A stretch of 64,000 nucleotides of DNA from a bacterium (GTDB lineage Bacteria > CAIWAD01): NCBI GenBank assembly GCA_030429345.1, contig JAUIFJ010000012.1, positions 19,898 to 83,897 on the forward strand, written 5' to 3'. Under the pieces are notes generated by a model. The model did not search any database. It saw only the letters and a list, made by a program, of their open reading frames with translations, and had not been told where the DNA came from. Shown here in pieces: positions 30,395-39,728 of this stretch. A program made the position numbers and the translations under genes. Position 1 is the stretch's first letter. The number at the start of each line of letters is the position of its first letter.

Positions 30395-31981
30395 TTACTT
30401 GACCAGTGTCAGGGACTGAATGCTGCGCTGGCGATTGCTCTCCAGCAGGGCGATGTAGCGGCCGCTGGCCAGTCCGGAAGCGTTCCAGACCAGGCTGTGG
30501 CTGCCGGCCTGCAGGCCGCCTTCATACAACACGCTGACCAGCTGGCCCTGCAGGTTGTATACGGCCAGGCGTGCATCGCCGGACTGCGCCAGCTCGAACC
30601 TGAGGCTGGTGGTCGGGTTGAAGGGGTTGGGATAGGCCGGGTTGATGTGGACGCCGTCCGGACGGCTCAGCTCCTGGCCGACCGACGTCAGCTGGCCCAG
30701 CTCGATCGCGACATCGCCGGCTCCCGGCGCGTCCACGGTGGCCCAGGCGCCCAGGGTGCTGTTGGCCAGCGTTCCCGTGGCCCAGACCGTGTAGGTGGTA
30801 CCGGCCATCAGCTCGACCGGCTCGAAGGCAAGCACCACGTCCTGGGTGCCCGCCAGGCGGACTTCCAGGTCGTAGGCCATCGGCATCACCGGCGTATACA
30901 TGGCGGATTCGTTGAATTCGATGTCGCCGAAGAGCACGGTGCCGTCGGCCAGAGTGATGTCGACTGCCGGGGCATCGGCACCGGTGTGCACGAAACGGAC
31001 CCAGGCTTCGTCAGGGTCGGTGAGGCGCGTGTCGCTCAGGACCACGGGGCCGAAGCTCTCGTCGGCCAGCAGGCCGGTGGCGGCCACGGTGGTGGCGCTG
31101 CCCGCGGCGAAGTCGAGGGTGGCGTCGATCACGGGATCGGTGGTCGTGCCGGCGACGAAGACCTGCACGTTGCGGCTGCCGGCCATGATGTCCAGGTAGG
31201 GACTGAAAGCGGGATAGCTCACGTCGCTGAGCACTTCCGCGCCGTCCAGCCAGACATCGACGGCGGGAGCGTCCTCGCTCAGGTGCGCCACGCGCAGGCT
31301 GGTGCCCAGCACGCTCAACTCCTGCGCCTCATCCCCCGGGCCCGGGGCGTCTACGGTCGCCCAGGCGCCCAGTGTGCCGTCGGCAAGCGTCCCTTTGGCC
31401 AGAACGGAATAAGTCGTGCCCTGGTCCAGGGAAACCGGCTCGAAGGAAAGTACGACGTCCTCTGTCCCCGCAATGCGGACCTGCAGGCTGTAGCTGCCGG
31501 GGTGCACGGGGGTATAGTCGATAAACTCGTTGAACTCGACATCCTCGAAAAGCACCGTGCCATCCGCAAGGGTGATGTCTACGGCGGGGGCGTCCGCCGC
31601 CGTGTGGACAAAGCGGACCCAGGCCATTGAAGGATCGGTGTCGCGCGTATCACTCAGGACCAGAGGACCGAAGCTGTCGTCGGACAGCAGCCCGGTAGCG
31701 GCCACAGTCGTTGCGCTGCCTTCAGCGAAATCGAGGGTGGCGTCGATCACAGGATCCATCGAAGTACCCGTGGCGAAAACCTGCACCTGGTGCATGCCGG
31801 CATCGATATCCTGATAGCCGCTGAAAGCGCCGTAGGGCACATTGTTCAGGACAACGGAACCATCCAGCCACACATCCACGTTCGGGGCGTCCGGGCTTAC
31901 ATGAGCAACGCGCAGATCCGCACCCTGGGCCGCCAGAGGCAATGCCAGACCTGCTACAAGAAATGCTTTCCAGTTCATCAT
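30395..31981 (-). CDS. tandem DUF4397-domain secreted protein with a T9SS C-terminal domain
   Basis: Two nearly identical halves are present (LRVAHxSxDAPxVDVWLDG...ATLDFAxGSATTVAATGLL). The C-terminus reads AYPNPFNPTTSLRFEL...GRYIALL. Confidence 0.7.
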   Translation of the reverse strand: MMNWKAFLVAGLALPLAAQGADLRVAHVSPDAPNVDVWLDGSVVLNNVPYGAFSGYQDIDAGMHQVQVFATGTSMDPVIDATLDFAEGSATTVAATGLLSDDSFGPLVLSDTRDTDPSMAWVRFVHTAADAPAVDITLADGTVLFEDVEFNEFIDYTPVHPGSYSLQVRIAGTEDVVLSFEPVSLDQGTTYSVLAKGTLADGTLGAWATVDAPGPGDEAQELSVLGTSLRVAHLSEDAPAVDVWLDGAEVLSDVSYPAFSPYLDIMAGSRNVQVFVAGTTTDPVIDATLDFAAGSATTVAATGLLADESFGPVVLSDTRLTDPDEAWVRFVHTGADAPAVDITLADGTVLFGDIEFNESAMYTPVMPMAYDLEVRLAGTQDVVLAFEPVELMAGTTYTVWATGTLANSTLGAWATVDAPGAGDVAIELGQLTSVGQELSRPDGVHINPAYPNPFNPTTSLRFELAQSGDARLAVYNLQGQLVSVLYEGGLQAGSHSLVWNASGLASGRYIALLESNRQRSIQSLTLVK

Positions 31982-32336
31982 CTACTCCTGCGAATTGGGT
32001 TTGACCTTCGATCTGCGAACAGAATATGAACATGAAATCTATCTGTCAAGGTTTCGTCTAAATTAATTCTGGACAGACTGTCATCATTTCCGATAATTCT
32101 TCCCATGAAGGAAGATTTTAATAACTAGTTCGCGCGCTTCTAAACTTATAGTATGGGATCCGCGCTGTGCATCAGGGCAATCAATCGATTTGTTCATCTT
32201 TTGTCGCATTTATGGAGGAGTAGGCCGGAGGGCTGCATTGGCCTGTTTGCCATGGTGGGCAGCTATGTCGCAATGCTGCAGACAGCGACAGTCTTGACCG
32301 ATACAAGGGGCATCAACTCAATTCGGAGGATGGATC

Positions 32337-34268
32337 ATGTCTGCTGCATTCCGGGGAATCGCCGGACGAGTGCGCTTCTTTGCCCTTGCCATGTCCGCGC
32401 TGATCCTGCTGCTGATCGTCGGTGGCGGCGCGACCTGGAAGAACCAGAACAGCACCACGTCCATGCTGCAGGAGCACCTGAACCGCTTACTGGGGGCGGA
32501 CCTGGAAACCCTCGAGCTGGTTTCCGACCTGCAGCTTCATGTATCACGCCTGGCGCAGGACTTCCTGGTCCTGGGCGCGACAGCGGATGCCGAGGTGGAA
32601 AGGTCCCTGCAGGGGCAGCAGGCGGCCTTCGAAGACAAGCTGGGCCAGCTGGGTGTGTACGCGAAGGCCCACGGACAGAAGGATCTGCTGACGCTCCTGG
32701 ATCAGGTGGAGCACAAGTTCGCCTCCTTCCTGGCGCTTGGAGCACAAGGCGGCTCACAGGTTGAGGACCAGGCTTCCGTCATCGATGCCGCACATATCCG
32801 CGCGATCCAGCAGAACACGCAGGGGATCCAGTCGACACTCCAGCAGATGGAGCAGGTGGCGCACACGGAACTCCAGCGGGGCGGCGCGGAGCTGGGAGAT
32901 GTCTTCCAGTCCATGTTGCAGGGCAGGCTGATCCTGGTCGGGATCATCCTGCTGAGCGGCGTGGGCGCCTTCGGGGCGATCTGGCTCTGCACGATCCTGC
33001 TCTCGCGCTTCCTGGTCACACCGGTTACAGCCCTGACCGAAACGGTGCTGGCCTTCAGCCGCCAGGAGTACGACCACGAAATCCCCTGTCTCACGCGCAA
33101 GGACGAGATCGGCGAGATCGCCCGCGAACTGGGCGTACTCGGCAAGCGCTCGGAAGAAGCGCAGCGCCTGCAGCAGCAGACCCTGGAGGAGCAGGAACGG
33201 CGCCTGGAGCAGGAACGGCTGCAGCGCAAGGCCCTGGAGGAAGTGGAGAACCAGAAGAACCTGGTGCAGGAGGAACAGCGCAAGCGCGAGGAAGAGGAAG
33301 CCGCCGCCCTTCGCTTCAAGCAGGAAGTGCATCACATTCTGGAATGCCTGGAAAGCATCCGCTCGGGGAACCTGCAGACCGTGCTCGACCTGAGTGTGGA
33401 AGGCGACCTCGGGAAGATTGCCGAGGGCATCGATCAGTTGCAGCAGACGCTGAAGGACAGCATGGGCCTGATCTCCGGCAACTCTCTGAGCCTGTCCGGA
33501 GCCAGCAGCCAGATGAAAGTCGTCTGCGAAAGCCTCGACACCCAGGCCGGGCAGAATACCCATCGCGCGGAAGAGGTCAACCAGCGCTATGGCGAAGTCA
33601 GCAGCCGCATTCGCAGCGTCTCCGGATCCACGGCCGAGCTGGCGAACAGCATTCGGGAAATCGCGCGCAATGCCGCGAACGGACAGTCTGTCGCACAGGA
33701 CGCCGTCCGCTCGACACAGACAGCCAACCAGACCATCAGCAGCCTGCACAACTCCAGCGCCGAAATCGAGTCGGTGATCAAGACGATCACGGCGATCGCC
33801 GAGCAGACGAACCTGCTGGCATTGAACGCGACCATCGAGGCGGCGCGGGCCGGAGAGGCGGGCAAGGGATTTGCCGTCGTGGCCAACGAGGTGAAGGAAC
33901 TGGCCAAGGAGACGGCGATTGCCACCGAGGACATCGGACGGAAGATCATCGCCATCCAGACCGACACGGCGCAGGCGGTCAAGGCCATCGGCTCGACGAC
34001 GGAGACCATCGAGGGCATCCACGCCATCCAGACCAGCATCGCCGCCGCGGTCGAGGAGCAGAGCGCGACCACCGCCGAGATCAACAACCAGATCGAGGAC
34101 GTCAACCGGCTCGGAGATGAGATCCTGGATCACACGAAGAACGTGGTCGAGGCCGCGCGCCAGACCCAGGGCCAGGTGCACACCATCGTCGATGCCACCG
34201 ATTCCCTGGAAGGGATCAGCATCGAGTTCGGCACGCTTGTCTCACGGTTCCGCTTCGAGAACCGCTAG
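32337..34268 (+). CDS. methyl-accepting chemotaxis protein
   Basis: A GGAGGA RBS and an N-terminal TM helix with a sensor region are present. A HAMP/coiled-coil segment is followed by the MCP signalling domain ([31 protein letters not shown]). Confidence 0.85.
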   Translation: MSAAFRGIAGRVRFFALAMSALILLLIVGGGATWKNQNSTTSMLQEHLNRLLGADLETLELVSDLQLHVSRLAQDFLVLGATADAEVERSLQGQQAAFEDKLGQLGVYAKAHGQKDLLTLLDQVEHKFASFLALGAQGGSQVEDQASVIDAAHIRAIQQNTQGIQSTLQQMEQVAHTELQRGGAELGDVFQSMLQGRLILVGIILLSGVGAFGAIWLCTILLSRFLVTPVTALTETVLAFSRQEYDHEIPCLTRKDEIGEIARELGVLGKRSEEAQRLQQQTLEEQERRLEQERLQRKALEEVENQKNLVQEEQRKREEEEAAALRFKQEVHHILECLESIRSGNLQTVLDLSVEGDLGKIAEGIDQLQQTLKDSMGLISGNSLSLSGASSQMKVVCESLDTQAGQNTHRAEEVNQRYGEVSSRIRSVSGSTAELANSIREIARNAANGQSVAQDAVRSTQTANQTISSLHNSSAEIESVIKTITAIAEQTNLLALNATIEAARAGEAGKGFAVVANEVKELAKETAIATEDIGRKIIAIQTDTAQAVKAIGSTTETIEGIHAIQTSIAAAVEEQSATTAEINNQIEDVNRLGDEILDHTKNVVEAARQTQGQVHTIVDATDSLEGISIEFGTLVSRFRFENR

Positions 34269-34274
34269 CCTGGG

Positions 34275-36056
34275 CTACTTGAGAAGCAGAAGGCTGCGCG
34301 TCCGGCGTTCTCCGCCCGCGCGCAGCTCGATCCAGTAGCGTCCGCTGGATAGCCCGTCCAGCTCAATCGGCTGCTCATGGAATCCGGCGGGCAGCTGCCC
34401 CAGGTCGAGCTGCAGGCGCATCGCCCCGCGCAGGTCGAAGAGTCGGAGCTGCACCGGCAGCGCGCGCACCAGCGTGAAAGGCAGCTGCACGCGCCCGTTG
34501 AAGGGATTGGGATAGGGCGCGGCAAGACTCAGCAGCGCCGGCCGGGTCGGCCTGTCGTCCCCGCCTTCGACCCCCGTCTCGACGGGGGTGAAAACGACCT
34601 CGAACACGCCGCCGCTTCCCGCGGGCAGGTCCACCAAAAGGGTCTCGGCGTCAAAGGCGCTCCAGGGCTCGCCCTCGTGCATCACGGACAGGATCTCCAG
34701 GCTGCCCGCCTCGTGCGCGATCGGCGAGAGGCGCACGACCCGCGGCTCGTCGGAGTGCTCGAAGCGATAGAAAAGGCGCGCCTCTTCCCCGTGCAGCAGC
34801 AGGCTGCTGTAGAGATAGGTGTAGTAGCCCAGCTCCATGGAATGGTAGCCCGCCTTGTAGCCGTTGCCCTTCGTGGTTCCCCAGGTCTCCTCGCCACGCC
34901 GTGTGCGGTCCGCGTAGACCTCGCCGTAGACGTGATCCACGAAGTGCTCCATGAAGAAGGCGCTGCTGCCCTGGGCCATCTCCAGGTAGTCCGGCGAAGG
35001 ATCCAGCCCCTGCAGCATCAGCCCGGCCATGACTCCCTGCTCCATCTGCCACCAGGCCTTGGTGGTGTCCGGATTTCCCCACATCAGCATCTCGCCGCTC
35101 AGGCGGTTGTAGTCCTTGTAGGGACCGCCGTAGTCATGGTCATAGCCGTTGTCCCACACCTCATCGAAGAGGGTCCGCGCCGCGTCCAGGTACTCCGGAT
35201 TGCCGGTCAGCCGGTAGACGCGGCCCAGGCACCAGGAGGTCTTGAGCACGTGTCCCATGATGGTCATGGTCTCGCCGTTGTCCACGTTCCAGTCCGCGTC
35301 GAAGACCTCGGCGAAACCGATCGCCTGTCCGGGCATGGAGCCGACCAGGTGGTCGATCATCTGCCCGCAGAGCTCCTCCAGGCGCTCGAGGCTCCCGGGA
35401 TCCAGCCCCATCAGCTGGCTGAGCAGGACATGGGTCGTGACCGCGTCCACTGTGGCGTTGAAGCTCTTGCCGACGGGGTTCAGGCCCGTGCGTGAGACAT
35501 TGTCGTAGTAGCCTTCAAGGCCGGGACGATCATCCCAGAAATGCTCTTCGAGCCAGGCGGATCCTTCTTCCACGGCCTCCAGCCAGAGTTCGCCCGCCGT
35601 GGCCTCGATGGCGGCGGCATAGCCCAGCAGGGCATAGTGCTGGTCGAAGGCGTTCTTCCCGGCCCAGGGATTGACGGGTTCTCCCTGGCTGTCGAGCTGG
35701 GAAAACCAGCCACCGTATTCCTCGTCCCAGCCGTGTTCGGCGAGCCAGGCCAGGCCCTGCTCCGCGCGGTCCAGCCAGGCCTCGTTCCCCGTGAGCATGA
35801 AGGCCCGCACATAGCCGTAGGCGTTGCGGGCCTGGGTCAGCATGTTCTTGGCGCTGCCCGTCGGCTGCCCCTGGCGGTTGACGTCCGTATACCAGCCGCC
35901 TCCCTGGGCGTCCCAGGAATCCTCCCAGAACACGGCGCAGCTGTCTACATAGCCGATGTTGAGTTCCGGATTCGTGATGTAGGGACTGCTGAACTGGGCC
36001 CGCGCAGGCAGGACGCCGCTTGCGGCCAGCAACAGGAAAAGAAGGATGCGATGCAT
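34275..36056 (-). CDS. N-acylglucosamine 2-epimerase (AGE) superfamily (alpha/alpha)6-barrel protein with a T9SS C-terminal domain
   Basis: A signal peptide is present and the aromatic-rich six-hairpin repeats are typical of the AGE/cellobiose-epimerase fold. The C-terminus reads PYPNPFNGRVQLPFTL...GRYWIEL...LLLLK. Confidence 0.65.
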   Translation of the reverse strand: MHRILLFLLLAASGVLPARAQFSSPYITNPELNIGYVDSCAVFWEDSWDAQGGGWYTDVNRQGQPTGSAKNMLTQARNAYGYVRAFMLTGNEAWLDRAEQGLAWLAEHGWDEEYGGWFSQLDSQGEPVNPWAGKNAFDQHYALLGYAAAIEATAGELWLEAVEEGSAWLEEHFWDDRPGLEGYYDNVSRTGLNPVGKSFNATVDAVTTHVLLSQLMGLDPGSLERLEELCGQMIDHLVGSMPGQAIGFAEVFDADWNVDNGETMTIMGHVLKTSWCLGRVYRLTGNPEYLDAARTLFDEVWDNGYDHDYGGPYKDYNRLSGEMLMWGNPDTTKAWWQMEQGVMAGLMLQGLDPSPDYLEMAQGSSAFFMEHFVDHVYGEVYADRTRRGEETWGTTKGNGYKAGYHSMELGYYTYLYSSLLLHGEEARLFYRFEHSDEPRVVRLSPIAHEAGSLEILSVMHEGEPWSAFDAETLLVDLPAGSGGVFEVVFTPVETGVEGGDDRPTRPALLSLAAPYPNPFNGRVQLPFTLVRALPVQLRLFDLRGAMRLQLDLGQLPAGFHEQPIELDGLSSGRYWIELRAGGERRTRSLLLLK

Positions 36057-36112
36057 GTGAACCTCGAAGTGGGAAGCGCTTGCCTCAGTCTGCGCCTTGT
36101 CCAGGCGGCCCG

Positions 36113-36787
36113 TTATTCCTCGGCCCCGGCGGCGATCATGCTGCGGGCAGCCTGCAGCAGCAGTTCCGGCTGCAGGCGGACCCGGTAGTCCGGATTGGCG
36201 TAGACGAAATGAAGGACCCCCTCGCGATCCACCAGGAACACGGCCGGTACTGGCAACTGGTGATGATCACGCCCCGAATCGGCCTCCAGGTCGATGTCGA
36301 AGGACTCCTTGTACTTTCGAACCAGGCTCTCCTCCACCTGGAAGGCAATGCCCATGGCGCGCGCCGCACGCATGTCGCTGTCGGAACACAGCAGGTAGCC
36401 CACACCCTCCTCGACTGCTGTATCACGCTGTTTCCCGGGGCGATCCGGGCTGACGGCGATCACCTGGCAACCCAGGGCAAGCAGTTCGTCCTCGATCTCC
36501 TGCAGCTCTCCCAACTGGAGAGTGCAGTAGGGTCACCAGCCGCCGCGGAAGAAGACGAGCACGGTCGGCTTCTTCGCCCACAGGCTGTCCAGGAGTACCT
36601 CCGAGCCATCGGCGAGCCGCAGCTGCAGAGCAGGGATCTGCGTACCGACCAGGCGCGGGCAGATCTGCTCCGCCGAATCGGCGACGGGGTGCTGCCCAGT
36701 ACTCAGTGCCCTTGCCGCGAAGGGCATGAGCAGGAATCCCAGGGCGACAAGAAGTCGAATGGAACCCAGCGACACCTTCATCTTCAT
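36113..36787 (-). CDS. periplasmic peroxiredoxin-like (AhpC/TSA, PRX-like) protein, predicted selenoprotein (W-U-P-Y-C; in-frame TGA at 36533-36535)
   Basis: The ORFs 36533..36823 and 36113..36514 are in the same frame with no other stop. The TGA falls at the peroxidatic Cys position of FFRGGW-[TGA]-PYCTLQLGEL. The signal peptide MKMKVSLGSIRLLVALGFLLMPFAARA has an AAGGAA RBS. Confidence 0.7.
36502..36525 (-). promoter_or_regulatory. SECIS-like hairpin (GCA-CUCUCC-AGUUG-GGAGAG-C-UGC, loop at +17..+21 after UGA)
   Basis: The stem-loop was folded by eye on the mRNA strand. Confidence 0.45.
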
Positions 36788-36899
36788 TTCATTCCTTTCG
36801 TCCGAAGGCAGGTACTGCGGCATCCGCGCCTATCTGGGCCATCGATGCCCGGCCAGTCGGAATACTGTATCACCGTGGCCCGGGCTGCCCCTCGGCAGG

Positions 36900-39599
36900 C
36901 TAGTTCACGATGAGCAGCTTGCTGCGGGCCACGGCGCCTTTCTGGCGCGCCTCCAGAAAGTAGGGTCCGCTGGGCAGGGAGTCCAATCGCAGACGCAGGT
37001 GCGTTTCTCCCGCTCCCGCGGCCACTCCTTGTTCCAGCACGCGGCGGCCGGCAAGGTCATAGAGGCGAATGCCGATCGGCGCGTCGCTTGCGTGATACAG
37101 AGTCACCTCCAGCTGGCCATTCGCGGGATTGGGCCGCGGTTGTCCCAGGCGGAAGTCCCCGGGAGCCTTTGCAAGCCTCCCTACGGGGACCTCCAGGGCC
37201 GTGGCTCGCAGCTCCAGGGCTTGCCCGGCAGGAGCCGGAAACTGCACCCACAGCTCCTCCTCCGCCGGGAGATAGCACCAGCCGGATGGCAGCTGGAACA
37301 GGGTCTCCAGGTCCTCGACGGCCTCGAGCGGCGCACCCTCCAGGCTGGGCAGCGAAGGAGCGCTGCGAATGCCCCGCGTCCGCAGCCGGATCATCCGCGT
37401 CTCCGGCTGGCCGGCGAAACTTCCCTGGCGCGCCTCGGCACGAAAGACCAGGTTCCCTTCGGCGTCGGTCTCCTGCCGGAAGAGCCGTTCGCTGAAGGCG
37501 CCGTCCAGGTAGGCCCGGCTCAGGCCGTCGTCCTCGTAGAGCCGGAATTCGCCGCTGCTGCCGCGCGCGGGGAAGCACTCGACCACCAGGGTGTCGGGCA
37601 GGCGGTCCGGACGCAGCTGGGATGCCGTCTGCGACACAAGCAGGGCGCCCGCCCGCAGCAGGTGGGGCAGCCGATCGAGCGGCGCCTCCAGCTGGGCCAG
37701 CTGGCGCCCCTGGTGGAACTGGCCCGTTTCGCGATCGAACCACTGCCCCTCCGGCAGCCAGCAGCTTCGTGTGACAGCTCCCGGATCAACCACCGGCGCC
37801 GCCAGCAGGTCTTCGCCGAGCAGCCAGGCGTTCTCTTCCCCGTGCAGGGGGTCGAAGTCCGGGTCGCTCCACCACAGCGGCCGGACCGGCGGCGCTCCGC
37901 TGTGCTGCGCCTCGCGGGCCAGCGTATACAAGGTCGGCAGCAGCTCCTGGCGCAGGCGGATCGCCTTCGAGACCGCCGCCTCCGCCATGGCCCCGAAGCC
38001 CCAGGGCTCGGTGGGCAGGTCGTCGACGCCGTGGGCGCGCATCACGGGCGAGAGCGCGCCGGCCTGCAGCCAACGCGTATACAGCTCCGCGTCCGCGCCT
38101 CCGCAGCAGAAGCCGCCCAGGTCGCTGCCGTGCCAGGAAAAGCCGGAGAGCCCCATGGCCAGCAGCAGCGGCCCCTGGGCCTGCAGGCCGCCCCAGCTGC
38201 GCGCCACGTCTCCCGACCAGGTGAAGGTGCCGTAGCGCTGGCTGCCGGCCCAGCCGGAGCGGCTCAGGCTTAGGAAGCGACTGTCGGCCTGCTCCTCGTG
38301 ATGCTCGGCCAGGGCCCGTGTCCAGAGCAGGTTGTAGACATTGTGCACCTGCGCCGCGCTGCCGCCGGCGTGCACCATTCCGGCAGGATGCCGTTCCGGC
38401 TCGCCCAGGTCGGTCCAGAAGCCGGCGATGCCCTGGTCGCGCAGACTCGTGTGACGCTGGGCCCACCAGGTGGCGGCGTCTGGCAGGCTGAAGTCCATCA
38501 GCACCGCGTCACAGCCGCAGGACCACCAGTTCTCCAGCCGCCAGGGATCGCCTTCCGGCGTCTGCGCCAGGTAGTGCGGGGCGCTGCCGGCGAGCACCGG
38601 GAAGAGCTGGCTGTTCTGTGTGACATAGGGCTCCGTGATCAGCATGGTGCGCACGCCCAGCTCGAGGAAGTCGGCGATCATCGTCTGCGGGTCGGGAAAG
38701 GCGGCGGGATTCCAGGCCAGGTCGCCCATCTGCTGGAACCAGTAGAGGTCCAGGATGATCGCGCCCAGCGGCAGCTCGCGCTCGAGAAAGCCGTCCACCA
38801 GCTCGCGGGCCTGGTCCTCGTTACGGTAGCCGTACTTGGACTGCAGGAAGCCCAGCGCCCAGCGAGGCGGCAAGGGCGGCCTGCCCGTTGCCCAGGTCCA
38901 GGCTTCCAGCTGTTCGGGCACCTGCGGATCGCAGAGCAGCAGCAGACGCATGGGGCCTTCGGGAAGGGCAAGCCGGAAGAGGTCCTCGCTGGAGGCGGCG
39001 CAATCCACCTGGCTGCGGGCCGGATTGTCCAGGGCCAGGGCGCCGAGCCCCGGCAGCAGGAAGAGCGGGACATTGATGTTCATGGGGTCGGGCGCCTGGG
39101 ACCAGCCGCCGGCCTGGGTGTTCCACAGCTCGAAAGCTCGGCCGCGCAGGTCGCCCCCCCTTTCGCCGCTTCCGTAGACACGCTGCCCCGGCGGCAGGCG
39201 GAAGCCGATGCTGCCGGCCCCGCCCTCCTCGAATGCGAAGCGTTCCTCCACTGGCTGCTCGAGGCTGCCCGTGTTTCCCAACCATTCCAGGCGCAGCGGC
39301 TCCTTGTGCACGATCACTTCGCCCTCGGCCCCGACCAGGCGCAGGCGCTCCTCCTCGACGATCAGGCTCCAGCCGCCGGGCTGGGGATCCTGCAGCAGCA
39401 CATGGCTGCTTTCGGCCGGCTGGGACTCGCCGGGAAAACACTCCACCAGCAGCAGGTCCTCGCGCAGGCTCTGCAGGCGCAGGGCGCCGGGATCCGCCTG
39501 GATCTCGACTCCGGCCGGCAGTTCCTGGTGCAAGATGTAGGAGCCCCACTGTTCCGCCTGCAGGGAGGCGGTCAGCAGGAGCAGCAGGATCAGGGGCAT
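36900..39599 (-). CDS. glycoside hydrolase family 31 (alpha-glucosidase/alpha-xylosidase-like) with a T9SS C-terminal domain
   Basis: The ORF was trimmed to the signal peptide MPLILLLLLTASLQA. The GH31 catalytic blocks are present (GAIILDLYWF, WTDLGEPE, the HNVYNLLW region). The C-terminus reads PRPNPANGQLEVTLYH...GPYFLEA...KLLIVN. Confidence 0.8.
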   Translation of the reverse strand: MPLILLLLLTASLQAEQWGSYILHQELPAGVEIQADPGALRLQSLREDLLLVECFPGESQPAESSHVLLQDPQPGGWSLIVEEERLRLVGAEGEVIVHKEPLRLEWLGNTGSLEQPVEERFAFEEGGAGSIGFRLPPGQRVYGSGERGGDLRGRAFELWNTQAGGWSQAPDPMNINVPLFLLPGLGALALDNPARSQVDCAASSEDLFRLALPEGPMRLLLLCDPQVPEQLEAWTWATGRPPLPPRWALGFLQSKYGYRNEDQARELVDGFLERELPLGAIILDLYWFQQMGDLAWNPAAFPDPQTMIADFLELGVRTMLITEPYVTQNSQLFPVLAGSAPHYLAQTPEGDPWRLENWWSCGCDAVLMDFSLPDAATWWAQRHTSLRDQGIAGFWTDLGEPERHPAGMVHAGGSAAQVHNVYNLLWTRALAEHHEEQADSRFLSLSRSGWAGSQRYGTFTWSGDVARSWGGLQAQGPLLLAMGLSGFSWHGSDLGGFCCGGADAELYTRWLQAGALSPVMRAHGVDDLPTEPWGFGAMAEAAVSKAIRLRQELLPTLYTLAREAQHSGAPPVRPLWWSDPDFDPLHGEENAWLLGEDLLAAPVVDPGAVTRSCWLPEGQWFDRETGQFHQGRQLAQLEAPLDRLPHLLRAGALLVSQTASQLRPDRLPDTLVVECFPARGSSGEFRLYEDDGLSRAYLDGAFSERLFRQETDAEGNLVFRAEARQGSFAGQPETRMIRLRTRGIRSAPSLPSLEGAPLEAVEDLETLFQLPSGWCYLPAEEELWVQFPAPAGQALELRATALEVPVGRLAKAPGDFRLGQPRPNPANGQLEVTLYHASDAPIGIRLYDLAGRRVLEQGVAAGAGETHLRLRLDSLPSGPYFLEARQKGAVARSKLLIVN

Positions 39600-39728
39600 G
39601 AGCGACTCCGGATTTGCTGCCCAAGAAGGCATTTCCGCATCAGGCTCTGCGTGCTTGACATGATTGACGGAAACCACCTTATATACAACCCCGGCAACCC
39701 CACGAAAACCGACTGGAAGACTCAGACC

